DNA of 64,000 bases from Monocercomonoides exilis PA203 (lineage: Eukaryota; Protista; Preaxostyla). The DNA lies in contig LSRY02000011.1 in NCBI GenBank assembly GCA_001643675.2, forward strand, positions 124,001 to 188,000. Reading direction: 5' to 3'. Of this stretch, positions 54,081 to 64,000 are shown piece by piece. Under the pieces are notes generated by a model that saw only the letters and a list, made by a program, of their open reading frames with translations, ran no database searches and had not been told where the DNA came from. A program made the translations under genes and the position numbers. The stretch's first letter is position 1, and the number at the start of each line of letters is the position of its first letter.

Positions 54081-54870
54081 TATAAAAAATGGATAACAGA
54101 AATTTTCGAATTCGAAGTTTGAAATGAAAGAAAAGCAGAGGTGTTGTAAAACAGAGATATCACTTGTCAGTGTTAAGTAATAGATATTCAAAATAAATAT
54201 TCGAACTGAAATTCTTGACAGGAAAAATTAGATTTGGTAAATGAGTCCATTGCAACCAGTTTGAAAAATGTCTTCAAGAAGAATTATTAACCATTCAAAA
54301 CATGAACAAAACAGATGAAGAGGTTCGCATAAAGGAGTAATATCTATTTGAAAACTGAGAATAATTGTTGTTAATAAGGTATTTTGACAAAAAAAATTAA
54401 AATTATAATTTTCTTTAAATTTAAATTTAAAATTGAAAATAGACATCCATTAACAATTTTTGGGAATCTTTTAACGTGGCTTTCATGTGGAAATAAAGAT
54501 TTCTGTATTGTTGATTTGTAAATTTTGTGACAGGTTATATGAATGATTATTTTCGTAATCATGACTTTTTTCGGGATGTATATTTTTCAAAAAATGTTTG
54601 TTTTTGGAAAATTTTTTTTGTTTTTAAATGCTAAATTCATAACAACTGTATCAAAAATAAATGTTTCAACTCAAATGATGATGATGATTTCTTCTATTAG
54701 CCTTTTCATTTTTTCGTGTTCTTTTGTTGATATTCAAGTGAAATTTTCAAACCGAAATTTTCAACAGAAAAAATCTGATTTCATAAATAATCACACATAT
54801 GAAAGTTTTTTTTTAACAATTAACTATTTAATTATTTTTTTAAAATTTGAAGAAATTTTCTGATAATTTG

Positions 54871-55136
54871 TGGGAAAATATGAACTATCAAGCTTTTTTT
54901 GCACAAGGCACAAAAAATATTTCACTTATAACATTTTTAAACTTAACCAGATTTCGAAATAAATTAGATTTTCATATCTGTAAACAAACATCATTGACAT
55001 AATAACAAAATGTTTTGTGTTTTCGCACGTATTTAAAAAAAATAAACCCATTTTTATCCAATTTTTTGATCACAAAAAGTCAAAAATAGTGCATAATTAT
55101 TTAATGAAAAGCTTGAAGTTACATATTTTCCCCCAT
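54871..55136. mobile_element. ~270-bp MITE copy 2 (opposite orientation) with ~27-bp TIRs
   Basis: GGGAAAATATGAACTATCAAGCTTTT ... AAAAGCTTGAAGTTACATATTTTCCC. The body aligns by eye to the reverse complement of copy 1. Confidence 0.6.
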
Positions 55137-55879
55137 TTTTCCTTATTGGATTGCCAAGACAGGTTTTCACAAATTAATATCACTGAAATTTGAAAATCAT
55201 TTCACAAATAAAACCTTTGTGAGCTGAAGATAATTTTTATTTGAATATGATTATTTCCCGGAATGAACGAACAAGAATAATGAAATTGCGTTATCCAAAT
55301 ATTATTCATGAACAAGACAAATTATAGCCTATTGACCAAAAAAAGAAATATTATTTAACGATTTTTAATTATCCTTGTGACAATCTCGATTCTTTGTTCA
55401 AGCTTCATAAAATACACTTTGAGATGCAATGAGTACTTGCAATTGCAAATAGCATATATTTGGAAATTAAAAAACCTAAAAATGCTTTATTGTTTTTAGC
55501 AAAACAATTTTCCTGTCAGTTTCTCTTTAACGAAAATTTTGAAAAATGCACATTTGTTTTTTAAAAAAGAAATTTCGCAAAAAGCATAATAAAACAAAAA
55601 AGAATCTTTCAACATCAAAAAATGTTGATGAAAGTTGGTTTGCAAACATGATGTATCTTCAAAATGCGAATAATTAATAGAACCTGGAACCTTGAAAAAA
55701 CCGAATTTACAAAATTCACATTTCAATTAAAAAAACCTCTTTGACTCAAAATGTCATAACAAGTATTTTCACAAGTCGCTATTCACCCTCTCATCAATTG
55801 ATTTTAAAGAAATCACTCAAATGTCATTTTTTTTTTTTGAATAACCTTTTTTGAATTATTGTGAAGGAAAAAATCTTCA

Positions 55880-56157
55880 CATATGACATTTTCTTTTGAA
55901 TTTATCGACTGATTCTTTATATGGAAAAGCTTATTACATTTAACCTCCGCCACCAACTTCTTTTTGTCCATCATTTTGTATTTCAAGAAAAGCAAAATTT
56001 TTGGTCAAAAGTTCAAAAAAGATAAAAAACAATAAGTATTATGTTTTTAACTTTAATTTAAAATGATGGACAAAAAGAAGTTAATGGCGGAGGTTGAATG
56101 TAATAAGCTTTTCCATATAAAGAATCAGTGGATTTATTCGAAAGAAATTTTCATATG
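55880..56157. repeat. Foldback inverted repeat, ~98-bp arms, ~82-bp spacer
   Basis: 55880-55977 (…CTGATTCTTTATATGGAAAAGCTTATTACATT…CTTTTTGTCCATCATTTT) is the reverse complement of 56060-56157 with scattered mismatches. Confidence 0.85.
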
Positions 56158-56236
56158 CTCGGGTTTTTTAAACTCACAATTATTTGCATAAATATGTTAA
56201 CCTCTAATTGTGATCAGATATTTGTATCCACTGATG

Positions 56237-56869
56237 ATACACTAAAAATAATTCAAAGTCGAAAAACTTTCAAACGAAACCGAAAATTTGACAGAAAAAA
56301 TAACTTTAAATCAAGAGAATTCAATTGAAGAAAAATGTTGTTCTTTTATTTTTGCGAACATTATCAGCTATGTGTGTTGTTGATTTCTGCAAAATTTGAA
56401 GATTTCGAACCAAAATTAACTCAAAAATTAAAGCTTAACATAACTTAAAACATTTGTTTCCTTCAATAAGAAATGAGTTGTTTGTGATTAAAAAACACGA
56501 ATTAAGAGAGCCAATGCTGTATTTTTCATTCTTCATAAAATAGGAAGAAAAATAAAAAATTACAATGGAAAATTTTCTGTGAAGAAGAGTGCTTTCAATT
56601 GAAATGAGATAATAATATGTCAGTATTTCTCTCATAATTTTTAATATGTGATTGGATAAAACAAAGCAAATAAAAATATCGGGAAAAAAGATGAAAAATC
56701 ATTCAAAAAACTATTATCATTGATATTTCATCAATAAAAATGTTTTTTTGACTTTTATTTATAATTGTCAACTTTTTGAAAATTTGAAGTTAATCGAACT
56801 TTCGACTTTGCTTGAAAGTTTTTCGATTTCGTTTGAAAGTTTTTCGACTTTGAATAATTTTTGGTGTAT
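56237..56869. repeat. Inverted repeat pair, 50-bp arms (putative TIRs of a ~630-bp non-autonomous element)
   Basis: 56237-56286 vs 56820-56869, 3 mismatches. The right arm has a locally duplicated ~21-bp unit (TTGAAAGTTTTTCGA). Confidence 0.7.
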
Positions 56870-57288
56870 TTCACCGGAATGGAAATTTGTCCTGTTTAAT
56901 ACTTTTATTTATTATCCAGTGATATTTCATGAGAAAAATTCTATAATTTTTTCAAAGCATGAAGTTTTTTTGATTATTGAAATAATAATATATATTCAAA
57001 AAGAAAACATTTTGTGGAACAAAGTTCAAAAAGAAAGAAATTTCGTTTCATTTATATGTTGCATGCGCACGTGCATCGTTTTTTCATAAAAATTTTCAAT
57101 AGATAACCCGTTCTATTTTAAAGCCCAGAAATTCATACAAATACACTAAAGTTTTAAATAGATTAACCTTTTGTTTGAAATAATAAAAAAATAGCAAAGA
57201 AACAAATAAAACAAAAATTAAAAGTGATATAAAGTTATACATATTTTACAATTATGAAAGGTAAAGAACACTTGTTAATTTCCGATAA

Positions 57289-60200
57289 TTAACAATCCAT
57301 TATCTCGTTTCTTGCTTGAATTGAAACATCAAAAAATGAATGAAATAAAGAATCAATATTTGTTATTGATGATAACGGAAACGAATACTCTTGAAAAGCC
57401 GATATTATTGCATTTGCCACTTCAATAAGCGATGGAGAAGAATATAAACAATTTCTCATTGGAAGAAATCTATAGATTTTGTGTATTTGATAATAGAAAA
57501 GAGCAGATGTTGCTTTTTGTGAAAAGAAAAGAATTGGCAGCATTGATATCCGATCTGTAGAAGCAGCATGTTTGTGGGCAAATGAATTATCCATTTTTGA
57601 TGAGATAGAGTTTGATCTATTTTGAAAAGATGACAAAATGTCATCTTGCAAATTGATAAAGTTAAATGAAAGCGGTGCCTCTGTTGCCAAAACTTTACCT
57701 TCAGAATTCTTTGAATTACACTTTGAATTCAAAATCATTTGAGAAGTTAAGGAATTTGGAAAAGATTTCATATGCTGTTTTGCAAAAATCCCTTTCAAAG
57801 CAGCCTCTGAAATTTCAGTCAATTGAAGAGAAGAAAATGACTCAGCAAAAGCACAAAAAATACGCTCCCAGTCAGACATTAGCTGCTGGTACTTTCGGCG
57901 GAATCCACGGATTCTAAGTTGTGTTGGTATGAATAAAGGCAATGCAGATGATAATGCGTTGTCAACATATGGAGCGCATAATGTGGTTTTTGTAAAAACT
58001 GTTCCCTTTACTGGAGCATTTGTCGCACTTGGAGGTTTTGGAGATGGAAGCTTCATAAAGAAATTCAGAAGCGAAGGCCAGACAGACAAAAAGATCAGAT
58101 CACATGATGAGAAAGGAAATAGTGTGTAAATAGGAAATTCTTTCTTTTCATTTTCTTGAATGGAATGTTCTACAGGTTCATCATTCATCAGATGCAAGAT
58201 AGCATGTAAACGTGATAGAATACTATGAGATGCAGCGACAATACGCGATGCTACAACTGCAGATGTTTTGTGATAATTTCCTTGATAATAGATAAATTTG
58301 TGTTTTTGCAAATCATCATTAGTACAATTTGATGATTGAAGCAGAGCTTTTGAGTTGGGGCACTTAGAAGACATGGAAGATGAAGACGACGAAGAAAGTC
58401 TAAACGAAGTAAAAAAGCAATCCAAAACATAAAGTGATAAATGAGACAAAGGAAGTGTTGACACGGTTGAAGATGAACCAGAGTAGGATCCAATGAGATG
58501 CTGCAGCGATGGACGAAGATGAGAATACATTGAGAATGGAGAGAACGGATTCATCTGAAGCGAATTATCTTTCGCAGGCAATTCAGCAAAGAGAAACTGA
58601 AGCAGAGTCGAGATGATGACTCTTAAAGATTGAGATGGCTGAATATTTGAGCGGAAGGTGGATAATTGTAACTTAGTATCCTTTGACAAATTCGAATCAT
58701 TTAAACTTTTCATTTTTGAAATTGGCTGATTCGACTTTAAGAGAGTATCTTTGAATGAGATAATTATATCAGAAGCAACTGAAGGGGGCAATGATGAAAA
58801 CGGAAGTACAGTTGCATCTTGAATTCGGAGAGAAGAAACAAAAGATAAATCCATGTCTGAATAATCACTTGCAAATGAAGCAGAAGTCTGAGTAATTTTT
58901 CTATTGTCATTTGATTCAAATTCTTTCGAATTATTTTGAGCTTCCATCCACTTTAATGCAAAAGCAGATGCATTTGGTAGAAAAACAGTGGAAATGGCTT
59001 TAATAAGCAATGAGGAAATTTCCGTGTCGTTAAAGTTTAGTGATGCAATAGATGGTATTTGCGAAGCAAAAAGCATTGGATAAGAAAAAGATGTTGTTGA
59101 ATTCTGAGCTGCTAACGGAACAATTGGTGGGAATAAGCACATAGGTGGTTCAGCGCTCGAAGAGTTGTTACCGTTGCTGTTGTAGTTTTCTGGAATTCCT
59201 TCGAGTTGCGTTGTTGTGCAAAAATCAGAAGATGCTGATACTTCGGTTTGCATCACATTACCATCCAATGAAGATGACGAATCAGAAAGTGAAGGAGGAT
59301 TCACATATGGCTTATGAGAAGTTGACGAAACAATGAAAGAGCTCTTTGTCTTTGACTTTGCAACAATTCTTCCATTATTAACACAAAACACATTTTCACC
59401 ATCTTCTTTCACAGAAAGGATTGGCACGCAGCATCCATCAATCAAAAATGAGAGTGTGCTCGTTGGAAGAGGATTCACCAAGCAAATTGCGTTGCTTCTG
59501 ATTGGATTAACAGCAGCATTAACATCATTCTGCGCTACAGACAAAAACATATCACCTTCAGACTGCTGTAAATTGCCATGAACGGGGGCAGTTAATGCTG
59601 ACTTGAGGTTTGAGATAATAAGCTCGCTTCTTTCGGTTCTTTCAAAGTTATTCTGAGAAGATACATTTAACCTCATTGAAGCATGAGAGCGAGATGAAGG
59701 AAAGTCCATTTTTGGAAGTGAACGAGACATTTGTGCTTTTTCAGTCGGAGCAGGAGGAAGAGGTGGAGAATAAACTCGATATGAGATTCCATGCATAGCC
59801 ATTACAGAATTCAAGAGAGAGCAGAAATGCTCTCGATTCAGAAACTTCAGATATCCCAAATCAACTTTCTCGTTCCTGGTTGTTTCAAAGCTTCTTTCAT
59901 TCACTTTCAATGTGTCATATTCTTTGCCAAGGAAAGCATCATCAGAGGCATTCAGCTGGATTTCAGGACATACTTCACTTACTTCTTTAGTATTTTGAGT
60001 GGTAATCGGAAGTGCTGAAACTTGAAAAACTGCTTCTTTATCATAAGCAGTTTCCTGGGATAAATGTGCAATTTCGCGATGTGAATATTCTCTGGATTCG
60101 TAACTGGCTTTTTCTGTGTATTTCGTTTTTTCATTTGATTCATCTTCAGTTGCTAATAAATAACCACTTTCGCCTGTTGTTTCAACAGAATTTGATTTTT

Positions 60201-63200
60201 CTCCACTCTTTTGATTCTTCTGAGATATTTTATCATCAGGAACAAGATTGTCTTGATCTTTTATGGATTCTCTCTTTTGCTCCTTTAAAGAATCTGACTT
60301 TGTAATCAAAAACTTGTCCAATTTTGATTCTTCATCGTCATTTTCTTCTTCCATTATTATTTCCTGTTTGTCAATTGTTCCTTCATCACCATCAAATGTA
60401 TCTTTCCTTTCAGCAAGTATTTGTTTATAATTGTCGGAACTTGTTGCAGAGTTTAATAAATCACTTGAAATTTGAACAGCTTTCTTTTTCTTTGTCTCTT
60501 CTTTGAGTGAAACGCCAAGCTTATCTGGGTGATTGGCGGCAAACATTATTTGTGAGAATAAAGATCCCTCAACTTCATCCTCAGAAACATTTAAAGTTTT
60601 GTGTTTTTCCAGTTCCTCTTTTTCGTTGGGGCTGATATCCTCTCCTTGTGTCTGCTTTTCTTTTTCAAGATTTCCAATTGTCATCAGCTTTGTTTCTGTT
60701 CCTGTCTGAGAAGCTGAGGCTGTTGTCCCATTATTGACGAAAATGGAAAACTGATCAGATGAAGTTTCGATTGATGCTGAAGATAGCGGCATTAGTCTTG
60801 TTGTTTTTGGCAGTACAAAAGAAGTTGATGATTTCAAAATAGGACGAGAATTAGCAACAATGCTTTGTTTTTCGTCTTGTGATGGAGAACGTTGAGAAGA
60901 ATTAGATGAGCCAATGGATGAATGCAGCTCCGAGTTAGTAATTCTTTTCGAAGGGAAATGAATTGTATTTGATTTGAAAGCAAATTTCTGTTTATGAGCA
61001 GGAGCAACTGCAAGAGACAATGGCCTGAAAAATGCAATTCGATGTCTTTTGAACGTATCGATGCAATGGTGAAGAAACTCAGCAGACACAACATTCCACT
61101 CATTTTGAGAGTAAACCTCAGCCTGGTCTTCAAAAGCAAATGGAAGTTGTGCAAATGAGGAAATGAATGAGTGATGATTTATACAACAAAGTGGAGGCAA
61201 CGAAGGAAGCCATTGAAAGTTGCATTTGCATTGTTGCTTGTTTGAAGATTTGAGGTCTTGATGAATCTGTGGCATTTCTTGGTCCGTTCCTTTCACATGC
61301 TTTTCTACAGCATTTTTGATGCGATTGAGAATTGAGGAAAGCGATGCGTTTTGCTTCAGATTGAGGAACTGACTAACATTGAATGAAAAAGTCGCAGGAA
61401 AATGAGAAAACACAAAGAAAAACAACTCCCACAACATTTGTCTAACCTCAACATATTCATCAGGCTCTTGAGAAGAAGAACCGAATAATACATGTTGTTC
61501 ATTCAGCACCTGTGCAAAAAGAGCTATAAGAGTAGAAACAGCAGAAAATCGTATTTTTGGCACAGCAACAGAGATTATCAAGAGAGGGTGTACAAGTTCA
61601 TACAAAATAGCAATTGAATACGAAGCATGGATAAAAGAACAAGCAAAAGAAAATGTTTCTAGCGTGGTTGATAGAAGTTTTAATGAAGATAAATATGAAT
61701 GAAGCAGAAGCTTTAACTGAGGAGAAGTAAATCTGTTTGATTTGACATCATTGCTGCAAGGAGAATGTTTTGAGGAATTGTCAAATGATTCCATTGGCTT
61801 TTCGCTTCGTTCGTTGTTAAAAGGTTCAAGTTGAAGGTCAACATCAGACAGATTAAAAGAGTCATATCCATTTGCAATGAGATATTTCGAAAGGTGGGAA
61901 TATTGACTGAACGCAAAAGTCAGCATTCTCCAAGCAGCAAAGACAAGTGCAGCTGATAAAGATTCTATTTCATTTGATTGCAATGAAGAAGAATTTTCAC
62001 AATCTGAATGGTTGTCTTTCAATAAGTTAATTTGAAGAGAAAGGAAGGCTGCAATAAAAGTGAATGAATGAGAAGCGGCAGCGTGTATAAAAGGAAGAGT
62101 GATTGTTCCATGACTGTAGCTATCTTCAAATGCAGATGTGACTGTTGGTTGAGCAGAGAATGAGGTTGAAACATATGATGAAGACAAAATAAGCGAAGGA
62201 ACAAGATAGCATGGCCAAGACAAAGATGGATTCTCAATAGCTCTGTTGAATTCAGAATCTTTTCTTGTTTTTGCAACTGTCTGTTGTGTTCGTATAAGAA
62301 TTAATTTGCTCTGTTCATTGACTGAATTGTCCATTGTTTCAGATGGCAAAGCGCCACAAGCGTCACATATCGTTGAATCTTTTAGAATGGAATCTTCATT
62401 GGAATTAGTTCGCAAATCAGTCTCAGATTGAGAAGCATCAACATCAATCACATCTTCAAATTCAAAATCGCTAGAAATCTTAAGCAGTGAATCCTTGTGA
62501 ATTTTATTATTCTCTTCATTTCTCCTCTTCTTCTCCACAGAATCCTGAATCTCATTCCAAGTTAAGTAAGGTCCACATGGTGGTGCTTCATAACGATGCC
62601 CCACATTTCCAGTGATTGAGTCCTGAAATCGTGCAGATGACGAAACAAACGTTCGGGGAAACGGAGAAATAGAAGAAGAGCATAACGAAATGATTGAAAG
62701 AAGTCGTTGAATATCATCATGTGAAGTAATAACTGGAAATTGAGTATCGAAAGAGTAAACAGGATATTCATAGCTGTCTTTTTCATTGCTTAGTAATGAT
62801 GATTTCAAGGGCATTTTGCAATTCGATGACTCTTCATCTGTATTCGCTTGCTCATTTGCTTCGTTAGTTTCATTGCTTGTATCAAATTTCTTACTCTGAA
62901 CATTCTTTAGAGGTTTTTTATTTTTTGCCAATTGCTTATCATTCCCTATCTTCGTTTGTCTTCTTGAAATTGGCCTTTTGCTTTCTCTTTCTTTCTCATC
63001 ATATTCCATTTCGCATTGCTTCTTCCATTCGCAGCAGCATGGAAGGTGTAAAGATGCTGTTTTCTGTTTGAATGAATACAACCCACTTTCAACAAAGTAA
63101 TCTTGATTCAACGATTCAGATGTTTTTGTCTCTGATTCATCAATCTCTTCTTCATAGTCGCTCAGCGCATTATTGCAATCACTCAATTCGCTCGCATCTG

Positions 63201-64000
63201 CTTCCGTGCCCTCTCCATATCCTCCACTTCTACCTGCTCTAAAGCATCCATCGCCTTCTGTTGGCTTTTCCTTTACCATCCGCTTCCTCCACACACGAGA
63301 CAGTGCACGCTTCTTCCCATCCTTCATTTCAGTTGTGGCTGGAAGCTGAATTCCTGACTGCGCAACATACTCTGATGACAGTGCAGAAAGATACTCGTCG
63401 CCCAAAAGAGCTCTGGTGAACGATGATGAAACAGCCCGGGCAGCTTTGCAGATGCGCAAGGGAGTCGACGAAAGGGCAGTGAAAAACAAGAGGGGATCAA
63501 TCAGCGTTCGAGACAGCATTGGAAGAAAAGGAAATGGGCTACGATGAGAAAAGCTGTGCATAAGAGAGGTTGAAAGAGCTAAAAGAGGAGGAGGAAGTGG
63601 AGGCAACCGGAGAACATCTGTTATTTGGTTTAAACTTGCTTGTGACGAAATTTCATTGGAGGTTGGTAAAGAATCAGAGGACAAATGCGAAGGAAAATGA
63701 GTCGATGAAGCAGAGGTGAGCTTGGGAAATGCTCCAAAAGGCAGGAAAGCAGGTGGCATCAGGCGATATGCTTCTTTTGACTCTATCTTTGATTGATTCT
63801 CAGATATCGGATCAATCGATGCACCAGACAAATTTGTGGAAGATGAGGCAGAGCTTGAAGAAGCTGATGATCCATTTTGATTTTCCAGCATCTGAAGCTG
63901 TAATCTCTGTTTGTTCAAAGAATAATGATGCAAATATAGATCGTACTGGTATTGAACATCAGATGGCACACGAAGAGGAGTTGATGGAAGTGGAAGAGCA
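57289..64000 (-). CDS. Large hypothetical protein, 5'-truncated by window edge (>2,230 aa), Ser-rich with helical hydrophobic blocks
   Basis: Uninterrupted ORF open to the window end; no recognisable motif. Confidence 0.75.
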   Translation of the reverse strand, partial: ALPLPSTPLRVPSDVQYQYDLYLHHYSLNKQRLQLQMLENQNGSSASSSSASSSTNLSGASIDPISENQSKIESKEAYRLMPPAFLPFGAFPKLTSASSTHFPSHLSSDSLPTSNEISSQASLNQITDVLRLPPLPPPLLALSTSLMHSFSHRSPFPFLPMLSRTLIDPLLFFTALSSTPLRICKAARAVSSSFTRALLGDEYLSALSSEYVAQSGIQLPATTEMKDGKKRALSRVWRKRMVKEKPTEGDGCFRAGRSGGYGEGTEADASELSDCNNALSDYEEEIDESETKTSESLNQDYFVESGLYSFKQKTASLHLPCCCEWKKQCEMEYDEKERESKRPISRRQTKIGNDKQLAKNKKPLKNVQSKKFDTSNETNEANEQANTDEESSNCKMPLKSSLLSNEKDSYEYPVYSFDTQFPVITSHDDIQRLLSIISLCSSSISPFPRTFVSSSARFQDSITGNVGHRYEAPPCGPYLTWNEIQDSVEKKRRNEENNKIHKDSLLKISSDFEFEDVIDVDASQSETDLRTNSNEDSILKDSTICDACGALPSETMDNSVNEQSKLILIRTQQTVAKTRKDSEFNRAIENPSLSWPCYLVPSLILSSSYVSTSFSAQPTVTSAFEDSYSHGTITLPFIHAAASHSFTFIAAFLSLQINLLKDNHSDCENSSSLQSNEIESLSAALVFAAWRMLTFAFSQYSHLSKYLIANGYDSFNLSDVDLQLEPFNNERSEKPMESFDNSSKHSPCSNDVKSNRFTSPQLKLLLHSYLSSLKLLSTTLETFSFACSFIHASYSIAILYELVHPLLIISVAVPKIRFSAVSTLIALFAQVLNEQHVLFGSSSQEPDEYVEVRQMLWELFFFVFSHFPATFSFNVSQFLNLKQNASLSSILNRIKNAVEKHVKGTDQEMPQIHQDLKSSNKQQCKCNFQWLPSLPPLCCINHHSFISSFAQLPFAFEDQAEVYSQNEWNVVSAEFLHHCIDTFKRHRIAFFRPLSLAVAPAHKQKFAFKSNTIHFPSKRITNSELHSSIGSSNSSQRSPSQDEKQSIVANSRPILKSSTSFVLPKTTRLMPLSSASIETSSDQFSIFVNNGTTASASQTGTETKLMTIGNLEKEKQTQGEDISPNEKEELEKHKTLNVSEDEVEGSLFSQIMFAANHPDKLGVSLKEETKKKKAVQISSDLLNSATSSDNYKQILAERKDTFDGDEGTIDKQEIIMEEENDDEESKLDKFLITKSDSLKEQKRESIKDQDNLVPDDKISQKNQKSGEKSNSVETTGESGYLLATEDESNEKTKYTEKASYESREYSHREIAHLSQETAYDKEAVFQVSALPITTQNTKEVSEVCPEIQLNASDDAFLGKEYDTLKVNERSFETTRNEKVDLGYLKFLNREHFCSLLNSVMAMHGISYRVYSPPLPPAPTEKAQMSRSLPKMDFPSSRSHASMRLNVSSQNNFERTERSELIISNLKSALTAPVHGNLQQSEGDMFLSVAQNDVNAAVNPIRSNAICLVNPLPTSTLSFLIDGCCVPILSVKEDGENVFCVNNGRIVAKSKTKSSFIVSSTSHKPYVNPPSLSDSSSSLDGNVMQTEVSASSDFCTTTQLEGIPENYNSNGNNSSSAEPPMCLFPPIVPLAAQNSTTSFSYPMLFASQIPSIASLNFNDTEISSLLIKAISTVFLPNASAFALKWMEAQNNSKEFESNDNRKITQTSASFASDYSDMDLSFVSSLRIQDATVLPFSSLPPSVASDIIISFKDTLLKSNQPISKMKSLNDSNLSKDTKLQLSTFRSNIQPSQSLRVIISTLLQFLFAELPAKDNSLQMNPFSPFSMYSHLRPSLQHLIGSYSGSSSTVSTLPLSHLSLYVLDCFFTSFRLSSSSSSSMSSKCPNSKALLQSSNCTNDDLQKHKFIYYQGNYHKTSAVVASRIVAASHSILSRLHAILHLMNDEPVEHSIQENEKKEFPIYTLFPFSSCDLIFLSVWPSLLNFFMKLPSPKPPSATNAPVKGTVFTKTTLCAPYVDNALSSALPLFIPTQLRIRGFRRKYQQLMSDWERIFCAFAESFSSLQLTEISEAALKGIFAKQHMKSFPNSLTSQMILNSKCNSKNSEGKVLATEAPLSFNFINLQDDILSSFQNRSNSISSKMDNSFAHKHAASTDRISMLPILFFSQKATSALFYYQIHKIYRFLPMRNCLYSSPSLIEVANAIISAFQEYSFPLSSITNIDSLFHSFFDVSIQARNEIMDC

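Noticed and set aside
56795-56855. Short direct repeats as a CRISPR-like array
   Set aside because: Only 2-3 degenerate ~21-bp tandem units, no unique spacers, eukaryotic context.
53300-57250. Short ORFs as transposase remnants
   Set aside because: Phe/Ile/Lys-rich translations typical of AT-rich non-coding DNA; no DDE motif seen.

Overview
AT-rich eukaryotic protist genomic DNA. It has short GT-AG introns (donor mostly GTTTG), the standard code (TAA, TAG and TGA all end genes) and huge Ser-rich ORFs. These features and the TM-pseudokinase surface-protein family best fit an oxymonad such as Monocercomonoides (inference, not searched). About 13 genes in order: a partial Ser/Gln-rich gene; an intronless bacterial-type threonine dehydratase; MAK16; RPS26; a HAD hydrolase; an ML-domain protein; a ~2,500-aa CK1/TTBK kinase ending in CCVIL; a 5,772-aa intronless protein; a CFAP97-domain protein; a lysophospholipid acyltransferase; a PP1-like phosphatase; a ~2,960-aa beta-helix receptor pseudokinase; and a partial 2,200+ aa unknown. 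Top observation: the 5,772-aa protein reads as an F-box/LRR E3 adaptor fused to a complete but catalytically eroded Roco scaffold (ankyrin-LRR-ROC-COR-kinase), with the domains broken up by Ser-rich inserts. Non-coding highlights: an 838-bp near-perfect TA-flanked foldback palindrome and a cluster of MITE/foldback elements at 53.8-56.9 kb. All assignments come from reading motifs by eye; no searches were run.
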